From Octopus vulgaris (taxonomy: Eukaryota): a stretch of 64,000 bases of DNA. Under the pieces are notes generated by a model. It ran no database searches. It saw only the letters and a list, made by a program, of their open reading frames with translations, and was not told where the DNA came from. Positions 26,945-41,031 of this stretch are shown piece by piece. A program made the position numbers and the translations under genes. The stretch covers positions 23,002,001 to 23,066,000 of the forward strand of contig OX597829.1 in NCBI GenBank assembly GCA_951406725.2, read 5' to 3'. Position 1 is the first letter of the stretch; every line of letters begins with the position of its first letter.

Positions 26945-27135
26945 TCTCAAGGTTTAAAACAAACATAATTTTTTTTTAGACATCCACTAGTACAACACCA
27001 AAAACAAAAAAAAAAACAAATATATGGCACACTAGGCATAACAACAACGTGAACTTCCAACCTGTTGTCTCTTGAGGTCTCTGGGTGAGACTTGGAGCCA
27101 ACTTGTAAAAATATAAAGCAAAAGTCAAACATAGG
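24981..27135 (+). mobile_element. R4/Dong LINE, 5'-truncated (RT, zinc knuckle, REL endonuclease, 3'UTR)
   Basis: [65 protein letters not shown] and VVIGALG motifs. (AAT)n on both sides. Confidence 0.95.
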
Positions 27136-27216
<81 letters not shown>

Positions 27217-27976
27217 GAAGTGAAACAGAACCAATACGTGACTTTATTATTGGAATAATGACACTCCCAAAATCTTTTGAAACAGGTTTTGCTGTATCTT
27301 GATTTGTTTGTTTCAGCACACTAGTTTACATAAAAAAATATTGCGAATCAAAATACAAAAACGGAAATATGTTTTAAATGTTAGTACGGAAATAACCTTA
27401 AGCATTATTGGATTTTAGTATGGGAAACCTTTGGGGGTTGCATGCAAGCCCGCAAAAACCAATTTTTGAAAGTGTACATGCATTTCATATACGTGCTCCA
27501 TCTGGGCCCTTCACCTCACCCTTCTCTTGTGTACATTTTTTCGAAGCACTTTATGACTCACACGATGCTAGTATCTAGATGCCATATCAGTGCAGCTACT
27601 TGCTATCTGAGTAACGCTCCACATACGCTGTGTGGCACTCAATATTTTTTATCGCGCAATAAGAGCGCAGACGCATATTTATCGTTGTTCTTAAATGCAT
27701 ACTCTATTCGTTTTGCGAAGATTTATACACTAAAGTGTGATATAATATGGATGTGTGATATAATCTTAGATTATATTACCAAAGTTTTTGCTTTTTTTTT
27801 CAACTTTCCAACTGCATAGTTTAAATATTGCTTTTCAAAGTTTCTATTTATATGTCTGTATATCAAGCTCCAAGTTAGCATAGAATATCGTCTCGCTTTG
27901 AAAGTTTCTTGGGGACTTTGCAATCCAACACGCAATAAGCAACTCCACGCATTTATAGATATATAAATTTCACACA

Positions 27977-28067
<91 letters not shown>

Positions 28068-28917
28068 ATTTGTTACGTTTTATCTGAGTTATACCCTCCA
28101 ACCCTCCACTACTCATTTCTCTTTCAGTAACAGAGTCTTTCAGTTTCTTTTCTTCAATGTTTCCCTTCTTCACTCTCTTAAGATTAATCTGCTGTTTCTG
28201 TTGCTCTCTGAACTCCTCCAACCATCAACAAACTGCTCAACTGTATTACGTTCTGTATCGAGGACACCTACCTTGCCTCAATCCTCTTTCGAAATCATAA
28301 TCTTTGCTGACGTTTAATATTAACCAAATTTCTTTTGGAATTGGCACCGCTCCCACGCAGACGTTGAAGAGCAGAAACCTAAATTCTTACCACCCAGAAC
28401 TCTCTACAACAAATAGCGTCACTGCCTACATATGTCCCTGACCGATACATCGGCACTGCAAACGGCCGTGACCGCTTTTACATTTCTTGTCCTAACTATC
28501 ACCGCCTTTACACCTATCGGATCATACGAGCCAACTAAATAACACCAACACGTTACACACCCACATTTTGCTGAAAAAAATTCCACCAGACCCCAGACAC
28601 GATGCTATTTCAAGTCAGTTTTATGCTGATTTCTCTGGCAGAAAATATTCTCCACCTTTTAGCCTTACGTAGTAGCACCAGTAGATGGCCAAAACCATTC
28701 TTTGTGGTATGTCCCTCAAACAATTGCATGTCGTAACCAAAAAGCTCCAAGTGGTTCACATACTGATGAGCAGTAACAGCAGCATCCGTGTACCAGGGTG
28801 CACCAGGGGGAACCAGGAAACAGCAGAAAGCAGCAAAAAGCAGAAGTGTCCAGAAAGCTGAACAGGGCACAGTTACAACAACACAGACGAAAAGTATGTA
28901 TTCAATACCTGCGAAAA

Positions 28918-29177
28918 AATAAATAATAAATGCACCCTTTTAAAACCTAGCCAGATTCATGGGCCCGGTTTCCCGGTTTCAATGGTGTATGTGTTCCCCA
29001 GCTGGACAGGACGCCAGTCCATCGCAGCGTTACTCATTTTTGCCAGCTGAGTGGAGTGGAGCAACGTGAAATGAAGTGTTTTGCTCAAGAACACAACGCG
29101 TCGCCCGGTCCACGAATCGAAACCATAATCTTACGATCATGATGCTGACACCTTAACCACTAAACCACGCGCCTCCA
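28918..29177 (-). mobile_element. SINE family C, full length, with CAATACCTG duplication
   Basis: tRNA-like head GGAGGCGCGTGGTTTAGTGGTTAAG..GTTTCGATTC and V-like CTGCGATGGACTGGCGTCCTGTCCAG. CAATACCTG on both flanks. Confidence 0.85.
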
Positions 29178-31020
29178 CCAATACCTGGAAAAAACAAAAC
29201 AAAAAAAATGCCATCATCTACTTAATGAATGGAATTCTTACAAGACTACCGAACTATTCAAAAAGTAAAAGATGTCTTAAATGCATATATGACCAGAACC
29301 TGCAATCCTTCCTTGTAAATTGCAACGGATCCTTTTGCTTTCTTGCCAAGAGGATCTCTATAAACTTTGAAGAATCCTTCTACTCACCACTTCTTAACAA
29401 GAATAACTCTGTGAAAAGTAGCGCTGACACTGCGTGTAAAAGCTTCCGCGTTTGGTGCAGGCTTTGCATCCAATTCCGCAATGCACATCCTAGACAAAAT
29501 TTTCTTCCAAAAATTCTCTTCGATTCTGCTTGCCTCGCTCCACACATATTTATATACAACGATCACTTCAAGCAAAGTCCTTGTCGCTTCCATTACTTTC
29601 CAAACCGCTAACTATAAGCCCTGCTCATCAGTTTATTATTTTTCTTCAATCTTTCTTTCTCTATAGAAATCTTTCTTAATAATTACAAATATGCTTCAGT
29701 ACGTCCTGCAAAACTAAAGTAGCTTTACTGTTCCTACCAATATCTATTTATCGATATTGGTAGGATCAGCAACCAGCATCTAAATACTGGCGAAACAGTT
29801 GTTAACAATCACCTTTTTCCAATTCATTGAGCCGGTGCGCGCGCGCGCTCTCTCTCTCTTTCTCTCTCTCTCTCCCTCTCTCTATCTCTATCTCCTTGAT
29901 CACTCACCGCCAGTACAAACAGCTTCTACAACACAAAGTCTCTTGGGCATTAGGGACCTACTGTCCTATGACACCCACCAGTGGTTCCTCTCTTGAGAGC
30001 TTTGTCATTGCTTTTGATATCAGTGATCGTATCTGAAATGAGTATTTTCTTGGCTAAGCCTCTCTACGATGAGCTCCGCTCGTCTTAGGTTTTAAACCTC
30101 TCGCTTGATTGCACCATTGTAAGATACATTGAAAAGGGTCTCTTTTACGAACACAATAGAGCTTTGGTGTGCCATATACTTATTCCTTCTGTGCATTAAC
30201 AATTTTCTCAGTCACCACAAGCAATGTTCACTCCTTTACAGTTTAAAGTACCCTTTACCCATGAAACATCATCTGATACAACCTCACATAGATATCATCT
30301 ACATACAACCTAGACATTTTACACCAAACTTATCCCGCCTCTATGAACAAACATCTCGAAAAACATCCCCTAATGGGGACATGGAAATCCCGTCTTGATG
30401 AACAGCAAATCTTTGTATCCTAACCAAGTAAAATCAATATATACGTTTTGCTTATTCCCTCATCTGCAACGATTGAGCAGACCTATAAAAAAACCAAAGA
30501 CGTTCCAACCGTGACAATGTAATCTTTTTCCTGATATAATGTATCTGGACTACATTATCTAATATTCCTTACCTTATTTAAGACAGTAGGATGGAATTTG
30601 AGGAAGGATTTTTGCTACTATTTCCCACAAGTCGAGCGACCACATAGCTGTTTACTTCTCCAGTAATCAATTTCAATACAGTATCCGTATTCTTCACGGC
30701 ATAATTAAAAGTCTGTTGCAACGATTCTCGTGAATTTGGGTGTGGTAGCCTGGTGTGTCTATTACTGATCTGCATTGTACGATATCTCTTGCACAATTTT
30801 TAAACAGAATAATGCTGTTGCATGTTGTATGTTGTTGATAATGCTGCAGTCAATGTCCTTGATGCAGATTCAGTAATATAGGTTAGGGTAAATATGCAGT
30901 TTTTTTTATATTGTTAGCTCTTACTATCTGTTGGTGTGCAGCTGCAGATTATATGTAGCTAATTACGTCGCTATGCACCATATCTAATTTCAACATGTGT
31001 GAAGTGCAGTGAGTCAGATC

Positions 31021-31052
<32 letters not shown>

Positions 31053-32052
31053 CAAAGAGAGAAAGATAGATTCTGATTTAAATGTGTGTATATGTGCATA
31101 TATATATACACATGCATGTATGCAAAATACGAATGTAATTCTTATTCTATGCAGTTGTGGCAGGCAATATGCAGTAAGTTAGAATTTACAGGCTGTCATT
31201 AAAAAGAAGGGATTTAAATTGTAATTTCAATATTCCCATCACCGGAATTCAAATTAGATAGACATAGAAAGAATAATGGTAGAATTCACTCGCAAGTTTA
31301 CAAATAAAATTTTTGGTATATCTATTTATTAAAGAGATACCAGCGTGGAGAAGGCGAATTAAGAAACTGCAAAAATTGCTAAAACTTGCAATTTCATGTT
31401 TCTTCCTCTCTTTATTCATTTATTTATCTATTTATTTATTTTTTTTATCTATTTATCTATTTATTTTTCTTATCCATATATTTATCTATCTATTTATTTA
31501 TTTATTTATTTATTTTTCGCACAATGATTCTGAAGGTTAAGTTCCAAACAGGAAATGAAGGAAGGTTGTTGGTGTGTTCTCTTGCATTCTGAAGAATTCT
31601 GTGTGAATTTCAGGGAAAAAAAAAATAGTGCAAACGCCGATATTTTGTAAGGGTAGATGTAAGCAACTTGCTCCGAAATACCCACAGCTTATCAAAGAAT
31701 ACTTGCTGCCAAATGTATTCTGTAAGAATGGTTAAGAAACCTAAGGCGATGTGTGCAAACGATAGTAAATTCTGTAAGATCACAGTTTAAGCAAAAACCG
31801 AGATAACCGACAAAAAACATGGCGTCGTTGCAGGAGAACTTTGAAACTATGGAGAACTACGCTTCCTTCTCAATAAAACGAAAAAAATACTAAAAGAGTC
31901 TTGTAACAAACAAAAATTCGAGTACATTGAAAGAAGAATTCTAAGGAACTTCGTATATTTGATTCCATAAATACTTTGTCAATAGAACCGTAAGAGTGTT
32001 TCACTGTAGGTTGGCTGGCTAGTTGGTTGGTTGGTTTCTGGTTAATGCTGTT

Positions 32053-32094
<42 letters not shown>

Positions 32095-32619
32095 GCTGCT
32101 GCTGTTGTTGTTGTTGCTGTCGTCATCGTTGTTGTGTTGTTTAACCCGAGTTTAGCTTCGATAGAACATACAGAAGATCAAAGACGTTCCAACTGCGACC
32201 TCTCGTTTTTATCCTCTCTCCTTTTTTTTTTCTTGTTTTTTTTTTTCGGTGTTCAGTAACGGTAATATGAAGGCTGACTACATTATCAGATGTGTTCTTA
32301 CTACTTCTTATAAAAACGGTAAGATCCGATTTTTAGGGAATTTCGGCTGCTATATTTAGCTGGTCAACTGACATCATAGAGGTTCCCTCATTGTCTTGTC
32401 TTGACTGGTGCAGAAAATGTTCAGTTTGTAATACTGCAAGTTCGTGGTTCGCGTGATGAGGGTAGACGTGGGGAGTTTCATAAGAATACAGTGTGTTGGT
32501 TTTATTTTGCCCTTGGCCGGCCCTGACCGGGTAGACTTATGATTGAAAACAAATATTCCAATCATGACCACCACCACCACATCCACCAGAGTAACTTATA
32601 TCTACAACTAAGAATAACC

Positions 32620-33034
32620 TATTTCTTTATTACCCACAAGGGGCTAAACACAGAGGGGACACACAAGGACAGACACAGGTATTAAGTCGATTACATCGAC
32701 CCCAGTGCGTAACTGGTACTTAATTTATCGACCCCGAAAGGATGAAAGGCAAAGTCGACCTCGGCGGAATTTGAACTCGGAACGTAACGGCAGACGAAAT
32801 ACCTATTTCTTTATTACCCACAAGGGGCCAAACACAGAGGGGACAAGCAAGGACAGACACAGGTATTAAGTCGATTACATCGACCCCAGTGCGTAACTGG
32901 TACTTAATTTATCGACCCCGAAAGGATGAAAGGCAAAGTCGACCTCGGCGGAATTCGAACTCAGAACGTAACGGCAGACGAAATACCGCTAAGCATTTCG
33001 CCCGGCGTGCTAACGTTTCTGCCAGCTCGCCGCC
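32620..33034 (-). mobile_element. Dimeric SINE family A with a single TSD
   Basis: Full unit plus a 5'-truncated unit. CTAAGAATAACC at 32608-32619 and 33034-33045. Confidence 0.92.
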
Positions 33035-33477
33035 TAAGAATAACCATTGTCCCTTCACTTATCTAACTCGTAGTCTGTTTATTTGAGGGAGATTTCGCTG
33101 CTATTTCTTCAAGTGAGACAACTAACTGACCGACTTCTTTAGAAACGTCTTTGCATTGATTAAAAATTAAATATATCATGTGAGATATATTAGTAAAAAT
33201 TAATTAATTAATTATTTAATTATCTTTCTTTTAAATGATTTTGAAATATTTTCATTCTCTCTTGCTTTCTTATTTTCTTTCCTTTTTTTTTTTGCTTTAA
33301 TGAAACAAATTCATTATATATATTTTTTTTTGGGGGGGGGGGGGTTGAAATTGGAATAATTAATGTTCATGACATTCTAGGAGATTTGAGACAGTATACG
33401 TTTACCAAAATAATTTTGAAATGTTGTTGGTGTTATTGGGTTTCTTCTCTGTATTTGGCAAAGCCATTACTTAATAA

Positions 33478-34270
33478 CAAAAAAGAGAAGGAAAGGATAA
33501 AGAAAAGAAAGAAATGAAGAAAGAAAGGAAGGAAGGAAGGCAGGAAGGAAGAAAGAAAGAAAGGAAGGGAGGGAGGGAGGAAAGAAGGAAGAAAGGAAGG
33601 AAAGAAGGAAGGAAGGAAGGAAAGAAGGAAGACAGAAAGAGACAAAGAAACAAAGAAAAAGAAAGAAAGAAAAGAAGAAAAGAAAAGAAGGAAAGAAAGA
33701 AAGCAGGAAGGAAGGAAGGAAGGAAGAAGGAAGGAAAGAAGGAAAGGAAAGAAGGAAAGAAGGCAGGCAGGAAGGAAGGAAGAAAGAAAGAAGGAAGGAA
33801 GGAAAGAAGGAAAGAAGGAAAGAAAGAAATGAAGAAGGAAGGAGAGAAGAAAAGAAAGATAGAAGGAAAGAAAGAATGAAAGCATTAAAGAAAGCATTAA
33901 AGAAATGAGGAAGGAAAGAAGGAAGGAAAGAAAGAAAGAAAGGAAGGAAGGAAGGAAGAATAAGAAAGATGGAAAGAAAGAAAAAGAGAAGGAAAGAAGG
34001 AAGGAAAGAAAGAAAGATAGGAAGAAAGACAGAAACAAGGAACGAGGGAAGGAAAGAACGAAAGGAAAAAGAAAGAAAGAAAGAAAGAAAGACGGAAAGA
34101 AAGAAGGAAAGAAAGAGAGAAAGAAAAGAAGAAGGAAAGAAAAATAGAAAGAAAGGAAAACGGAAAGAAGGAAGGAAGGATGGAAAGAAAAAGTAATATA
34201 GAGAAGGAAGGAAATAGAAAGAAAGGAAGTAATGAAGGAAGAAGGAAGGAAAAAAGAAGGAAAGAATGTA
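33478..34270. repeat. ~800-bp near-pure purine (GAAG/GAAA) tract
   Basis: Directly visible. Confidence 0.95.
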
Positions 34271-34421
34271 AGAAATGTGATACATAGTATATATTTCCCT
34301 GGCGTCCATGCTTCTTATATAAGACATATTCTCAAGTTCTTTTTTTTCAACCACGAGAATAACTTGAGACTTTTGAAAGGAAGAGATTTATATTACCCAG
34401 AACGAATGGAATAAGGGCTAA

Positions 34422-34503
<82 letters not shown>

Positions 34504-35099
34504 CATGTATATATGTATGCATGTATGTATGCATGTATGCATGCATGTATTCATATATGTATGTATGTATATATGTATGTATGCATTTATGTAAGCATGC
34601 ATGTATGCATGTATGCATGCATGTATGCATGTATGCATGCATGTATTCATATATGTATGTATGTATGCATGTATATATGTATGTATGCATGTATACATGT
34701 ATGTATTCATATATGTATTTATGTATGTATTTATGTATGTATGCATGCATGTGTACATGCATTTATGTATGTAAGCACGTATGTATGTATGTATGTATGT
34801 ATGTATGCATGCATGTATGTATGTTATCTTGCATGTATGTACGTGTGTGCATACGTATAAATGCATGTGTGCATACATGTATGTATGCAGGTATGTATGT
34901 ATGTATGTATGTATGTATATATGCGCGCAAGCATGCTTGTATGTACTGTAATCCTTCGACTATCACCGGTGTTACGTTCCAAAACCCCTCGCGATAGGTG
35001 AAAATCCGCGAAGTAGAAACAGTACTGTATATTTTTATTTTTTAGGGTTAGGGTTTGTATATATTTATTTTACTATTTTTATATACTTAAGCTTTTAGT

Positions 35100-36842
35100 A
35101 AACTCCCCCCACACTCTTAGGAGTACACGTGTCTTCTTTTCTTTTGCGGGTGAGAAACATAGTGATAGGCGTTGCCTTTTCTTCTGTGTTAGGAGGTTTT
35201 TATAATCTTCCATGGCTCCGTCGATTGCATTTCCGAACTGCAAGTCACGAATCATCTGGGGTTTCCAATCTCCCACCATTCTCTGAAGTTCTGTTGCCAT
35301 TTTTGCTAGAGTTGAGAAGCGTTCTAGTGATAGGCCGACTTCTTCTTCTTCCCCTGGATTCTCGTTGTTCTTCTTCGTCCTCACTTGCAGACTTCGATAT
35401 CCCTGTCAGATCTTCATCCGTTAACGGATCTGAGTGGGCTGCGATCAAGTTATTAAAGTCCTTGGTAGTCATATTGGTGAAACCATCTCCTCCTAGCAAT
35501 TTTTCCGGCTTCACTGCCTTATGTATTGCAGAGTGGTAGATTTCGTCAGAAGAGAATCCTTTATAGTTGTGGACCGCTTCTGGCCATAATTTCTTCCAAC
35601 TGCCATTCAAAGTTTCGTTCTTCATCTCCTTTATGACCTGAATATTTTGGAGACATGTTGCAATGGAGTACCTACCCCAGTACTCCTTCAACGAGAATCT
35701 CTCATCTGAGTCCTTAGCCTCGACCAGGTGTCGCAGGGAGTTTCGCGTATAGAGTGTCTTAAAAGCACGAATAACGTCTTGATCCATGGGCTGGATCAGA
35801 GATGTGGTGTTCGGCGGTAAGAATTCGATTTGTACACCCTCATACCTCAGGTCAAGAGCGTGACCTTCAGCATTGTCCATTAGGAGAAGCACTTTAAATT
35901 CCAGTCCTTTTTCGGCGAGATAAACTTTGACTTCGAGAATGAAGCACTGGTGAAACTAATCCGATGTCAGTGATTTTATTATCCATGCCTTCTGGTTGTG
36001 CATCTATCCAATTCACTGGCAGCAGGTTCTTAGTTTTGGTTTCGTGGGCCCTTGGGTTTCTGGACTTATAGATAAGTTCTGGCTTCATCATAAAGCCCAC
36101 AGCATTTCCACACAATATAATTATGACGCGATCTTTGTACGCCTTAAATTGAGGGACTCTGGCCTCCTCTTTCATAATGGAAGTCTGCGATGGCATCCGT
36201 TTCCAAAAGAGACCAGTCTATATCCATATTGAAAACTTGTTCACGCGAATCCTCGACGATGGTCTTGAATGTCTCGTTCACGTATTCCTCAGCGGCGGGT
36301 TTGTCAGCAGAGGCAGCTTCTCGATGCATGAACGTACTCTTAATGTTGAACCTCCTTTGGAATTTATCAAACCAGCCCTTGCTGGCATTAATTTCGGTTA
36401 GATTGGTGGGAGGTGCCGTAGATGGTCCTAGTTCACAGTCGTCTGGGTCGTCGTCACCGCCATCCGTAAACTTGCCGTACAGCTGCCTGGCCTTCTCAGA
36501 GATGGTGTTAATATCGAGTGCAATGTTCTTCTTCTTGCAGTCACTGATCCAAAGAGTTAATGCAGACCACATCGTTACGATATCCTTATTACGGGAAGTT
36601 ACCACTCTATTCGCTGGCTTGTCAAAAGTCACTTTTGCCGTCGCCCTTATATATTTTTCGTCCTTCTTGATGTAGCGAACGTTAGATCCATTGATGTCGT
36701 AATGGCAGCCTACATTCGCATACCTTCTCTCTTCCTTAAGCATGTCGAGGAGTTTTACCTTCTCTGCTATAGGAAGCATCTTCCTTTGGCGCTTGAGTTC
36801 CCTGCCAGAAGCCTTAGAAAGTGCAGAACGTTTGGACGACAT
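35100..36842 (-). pseudogene. Tigger transposase (CENP-B-type HTH plus DDE_1), frameshifted
   Basis: RKMLPIAEKVKLLD, ASKGWFDKFQRR, EQVFNMD and LLLMDNAEGH..FLPPNTTSLIQPMDQDVIRAFK, spread across several frames. Confidence 0.92.
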
Positions 36843-36988
36843 CGTAGAGCTTGAAATATATACACAATTTTATACACAAATGCAAAACAACACCATACAC
36901 TCGCTTCCCGAGTTTCGTTTTCCTTACAGTATATGTGATTCTTTGTTTACTCATCTTCGGTACACTACACATTGTCTTTTAATATATA

Positions 36989-37342
36989 CTAGCAGTATCG
37001 CCCGGCGTTGCTCAGGTTTGTAAGGGAAATAACTATAAAGCATTTTTAGAGAGTTATAGCCAAAAAATAGCAAAAAATGGAGTTAAAAAGGTCGAGTTGC
37101 GTCCCCTAGACCATCTGTGGTTTGTGTTTCTGATTGTCGACCCCATGTCGAATTTATCGATTTTATTCAGAACTGGGGGAACTTTTCAAAATTTTCGCTG
37201 CGTTAGTTTTGAATTATGACATTGGGCTATGGGTGTGTCAAGTTTCATCAGAATCGGTTGAAAGCCGTGTTCAGGGTGAGGGTACAAGCAAACAGACACA
37301 CAGAAACACACACAGACAAACTGCCATTTATATATAGAGAGA
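36989..37342 (-). mobile_element. Non-autonomous Helitron-type element nested in the Tigger
   Basis: Minus strand starts TC(TCTCTATATATAAA) and ends with hairpin CCTGAGCAACGCCGGG then CTAG. It sits between A and T with no TSD. Confidence 0.75.
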
Positions 37343-37603
37343 TATTAATTAATGTGGCATACAGTGCAGTACTGAACTGTATTTTTAATTATTAATTTAT
37401 TAATCTTTAGGTATGAAAATGCTTCTTTTACTACAGAAATAACTAAAATCTAAAAAAAAAAAATAATAAATAAATACCTATCGGCCGCAGAAACACGCGA
37501 TGAACTGAGGAGTCCGCGATATAAATTTACATATATGAACCAGAAAAATCCACGATGTACTGAGAGTACGATAGGTGAACCGCGATATGGCGAGTGATTG
37601 CTG

Positions 37604-37747
37604 TATGTATGTATGTATGTATGTATGTATGTATGTATGTATGTATGTATGTATGTACGTACGTACGTATGTATGTATGTATGCATGTATGTATGTATGT
37701 ATGTACGTACGTACGTATGTATGTATGTATGTATGTATGTATGTATG

Positions 37748-37781
<34 letters not shown>

Positions 37782-38534
37782 TGTATGTATGTACGTACGT
37801 ATGTATGTATGTATGTATGTATGTACGTATGTATGTATGTATGTATGTATGTATGTATGTATGTATGTATGTATGTATGTATGTATGTATGTATATACGT
37901 ACGTACGTACGTACGTACGTACGTACGTATGTATGTATGTATGTATGTATGTATGTATGTACGTATGTATGTATGTATGTATGTATATACGTACGTACGT
38001 ATGTATGTATGTATGTATGTATGTATGTATGTATGTATGTATGTATGTATGTATGTATGTACGTATGTATGTATGTACGTATGTATGTATGTATGTATGT
38101 ACGTATGTATGTATGTATGTATGTATGTATGTATGTACGTACGTATGTATGTATGTATGTATGTATGTACGTATGTATGTATGTATGTATGTATGTATGT
38201 ATGTATGTATGTATGTATGTATGTACGTATGTGTATGTATGTATGTATGTATGTATGTATGTATGTATGTATGTATGTATGTATGTGTGTATGTATGTAT
38301 GTATGTATGTATGTATGTATGTATATACGTACGTACGTACGTACGTACGTACGTACGTATGTATGTATGTATGTATGTATGTATGTATGTACGCATGAAT
38401 GTATGTATGTATATATGTATGTATGCATGCATGTATGTATGTATGTACGCATGAATGTATGTATGTACGTATGTAATTATGTATGTATGTATGTATGTAT
38501 GTGTGTATGAATGTATGTATGTATGTATGTATGT
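37604..38534. repeat. (TATG)n/(TACG)n microsatellite
   Basis: Directly visible. Confidence 0.98.
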
Positions 38535-39143
38535 AATCCTCCAACTACACCAAATTAAGATCCAATTACAAGAATTCTGGAAAACAAGCATGGATGTTTT
38601 GGACAAACTTATGAACATGCTTTGGACAGGTGAAAGGTTAAATTGTAAGCAAAAACCGTGTCACAGTCTTCACTTACCGTTTTCCCTCTGTTTTTTTTTT
38701 TTTCTTTTTATCTAATTCTTGTTTGACATAGTTCGTTAGGAAAGGCTTTCAAATATTTAATTAATTAGATATCAAATATTTTAAATACCTGTTAAATTAG
38801 ATAATATTAGTTTCTAGCACACATACAATGTCTGGTGGCGGAAATGTGTGAATGTATATGTGTGTGTGTATGTGTGTGTGTTATCGTGCGGGGAGAGGGG
38901 TGGGGGTTTCAAAAGATCGTCAGCCGTCGTCACTCGCGAGCGAGTATGGCTTCGTAGCGTGTACCATATTTTCACTAATTGTTTTAGGCGCTTATGTAGT
39001 CGCAAGCAGGCATAGACTCCCACTCTCCACCGTCCTCCACCTCCACCTCACTCCGCATTATTTTTGACCCTGCATCGTATCCAGGATGTGGCAACTAGAA
39101 AGAGAAAGACAGAGAGAGAGAGAGGGGGTGGAGAGATAGAGAG

Positions 39144-39204
<61 letters not shown>

Positions 39205-39336
39205 GTACTGATACTCAGCTACTACTCATTTACAACTGCGTAGACGGATGCAACACAAAATTATCTGTTTTTATTCGAAGACAGGAATTGAACCCATGGC
39301 TTTATGATCGTGTCCCGAATAGCGTAACGACTAGGT

Positions 39337-40236
39337 CAGTGTCTCTCAACCACTGGACTTCCTACCTATGAAATCTTTTGGTGCCTATTTTACTCTGCCG
39401 GACCCTCCTAAACATTCGATGTTGAAAAAATCCTATTATGTTTTTATTATCTTTTCTACCCTAGACACAAGGCCCAAAATTTTGTGGGAGTGGACCGGTC
39501 GATTAGATCAACCCCAGTACGCAACTGGTACTTAATTTATCGATCTCAAAAGGATGAAAGGCAAAGTCGACCTCAGTGGTATTTAAACTCAGAACGTAGA
39601 GACAGATGAGATACCTATTACTTTACTACCCACAAGGGGCTAAACACAGAGGGGACAAACAAGTACAGACAAATGGATGAAGTCGATTATATCGACCCAG
39701 TGCGTAAATGGTACTTAATTTATCGATCTCGAAAGGATGAAAGGCAAAGTCGATCTCGGCGGAATTTGAACGCAGAACGTAAAGACAGACGAAATACCGC
39801 TAAGCATTTCGCCCGGCGTGCTAACGCTTCTACCAGCTCACCGCCTTTAATAATCTTTTCTACTATAAGCAGAAGGTCCAAAATTTTAGGGGAGGAGGCC
39901 AGTTGATTAAATCAACCCCAGTTCGCAACTGGTACTTAATTTATCGACCCCGAAAGTATTAAGGCAAAGTCGACCTCGACGGAATTTGAACTCAGAACGT
40001 AAAGACAGACGAAATACCGCTAAGCATTTCGCCTGGCGTTCTAACGTTTCTGCCAGCTCACCGCCTTTTTGTTATGCTTTTATAATGAAATATTAGGAAT
40101 TGTATTAAAAGAAGTATTAAAATATTTTTGTGTATTGTAGAAATATAACCAACTTATTGCAGATTAAGTTTAATAACAAGATCTTGGAACTCCAAGGAAC
40201 CCTAAGGACTATATGGATCCCGATTGAGCACCACTG
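39337..40236. mobile_element. Charlie/hAT-like MITE split by SINE family A copies (dimer 39450-39846, monomer 39852-40066, both minus)
   Basis: Ends CAGTGTCTCTCAACC / GATTGAGCACCACTG. The body is the reverse complement of the 49297-49852 MITEs. Confidence 0.7.
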
Positions 40237-41031
40237 GAGTAAACTTTTCACCTTCATGGGCCAGAGGGAAGATGGAAGTGGTGGGGGTGATTTTATAATT
40301 AATTACGTCGACTTCGTTTTCGTATCTGGTTTACAAGATTCTTTATGCGAATTCGTGTGTTGAAGCAAAAAGCAACGAAAATTTTGGAAAAGAAAAAAAT
40401 ATGAATAATAAATGAGCGAAAATCGAACCAGTGTGTGTGTTAGATAATAAGGCATTAAGACAATATGGCTCTCTGCAGACACAACAAAATATGTCGACTT
40501 CCCCAGTTCTTAAATATTATTTATTGCGTCAACTCAGTGTATATTAGATAACATTACAAATTTATCATCTTCTTTATTGTTTATTTTTATTATGAGAAAG
40601 GATGATTTATTTGAAAAATATTCTCAACGACAGGCGTTTCCTATTAAAACATAGTGATGCATCATCATATCTCAGGGGAAATGTCAAAACGACTTAAGAT
40701 CTTGTCAAACAACAGACACATAAATAAGTAGGGTGGAATATTCTCTACCCGTAAGTATCAACGCTTCTCACGAAATATTTTACTTTGAATGAATTTAAAT
40801 GGATTTCCTGCTGATAGTTAAAATGTATGTCTGTAGAACCTTAAAAAGAAGAAAAAATACACGGAAACATATATTTCGTCAGATTTAAAAAGAAAATAAT
40901 GATAAGCTAAATAGTTTCTTTATTTCTTCAAAAGATATACTTGAAACTTCTAAAAGCCATCAGTTTATACTCAAAATAATAATAATAATAATAATAATCG
41001 TTTCTACTAAAGATACAGAGCCCATAATTTG

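Larger units (their letters stand above)
34946..37603 (-). mobile_element. Tigger/pogo DNA transposon, full length, decayed
   Basis: TA flanks on both sides. TIRs CTGTAATCCTTCGACTATC / GATATGGCGAGTGATTGCTG. Inserted in (TATG)n. Confidence 0.92.

Noticed and set aside
27432-27930. Possible MITE with GGTTGCA..CCC / GGG..TGCAATCC ends
   Set aside because: Terminal similarity is weak and no TSD is identifiable.
38835-39090. CpG-containing unique patch as a promoter
   Set aside because: Short, with no linked exon or gene visible.
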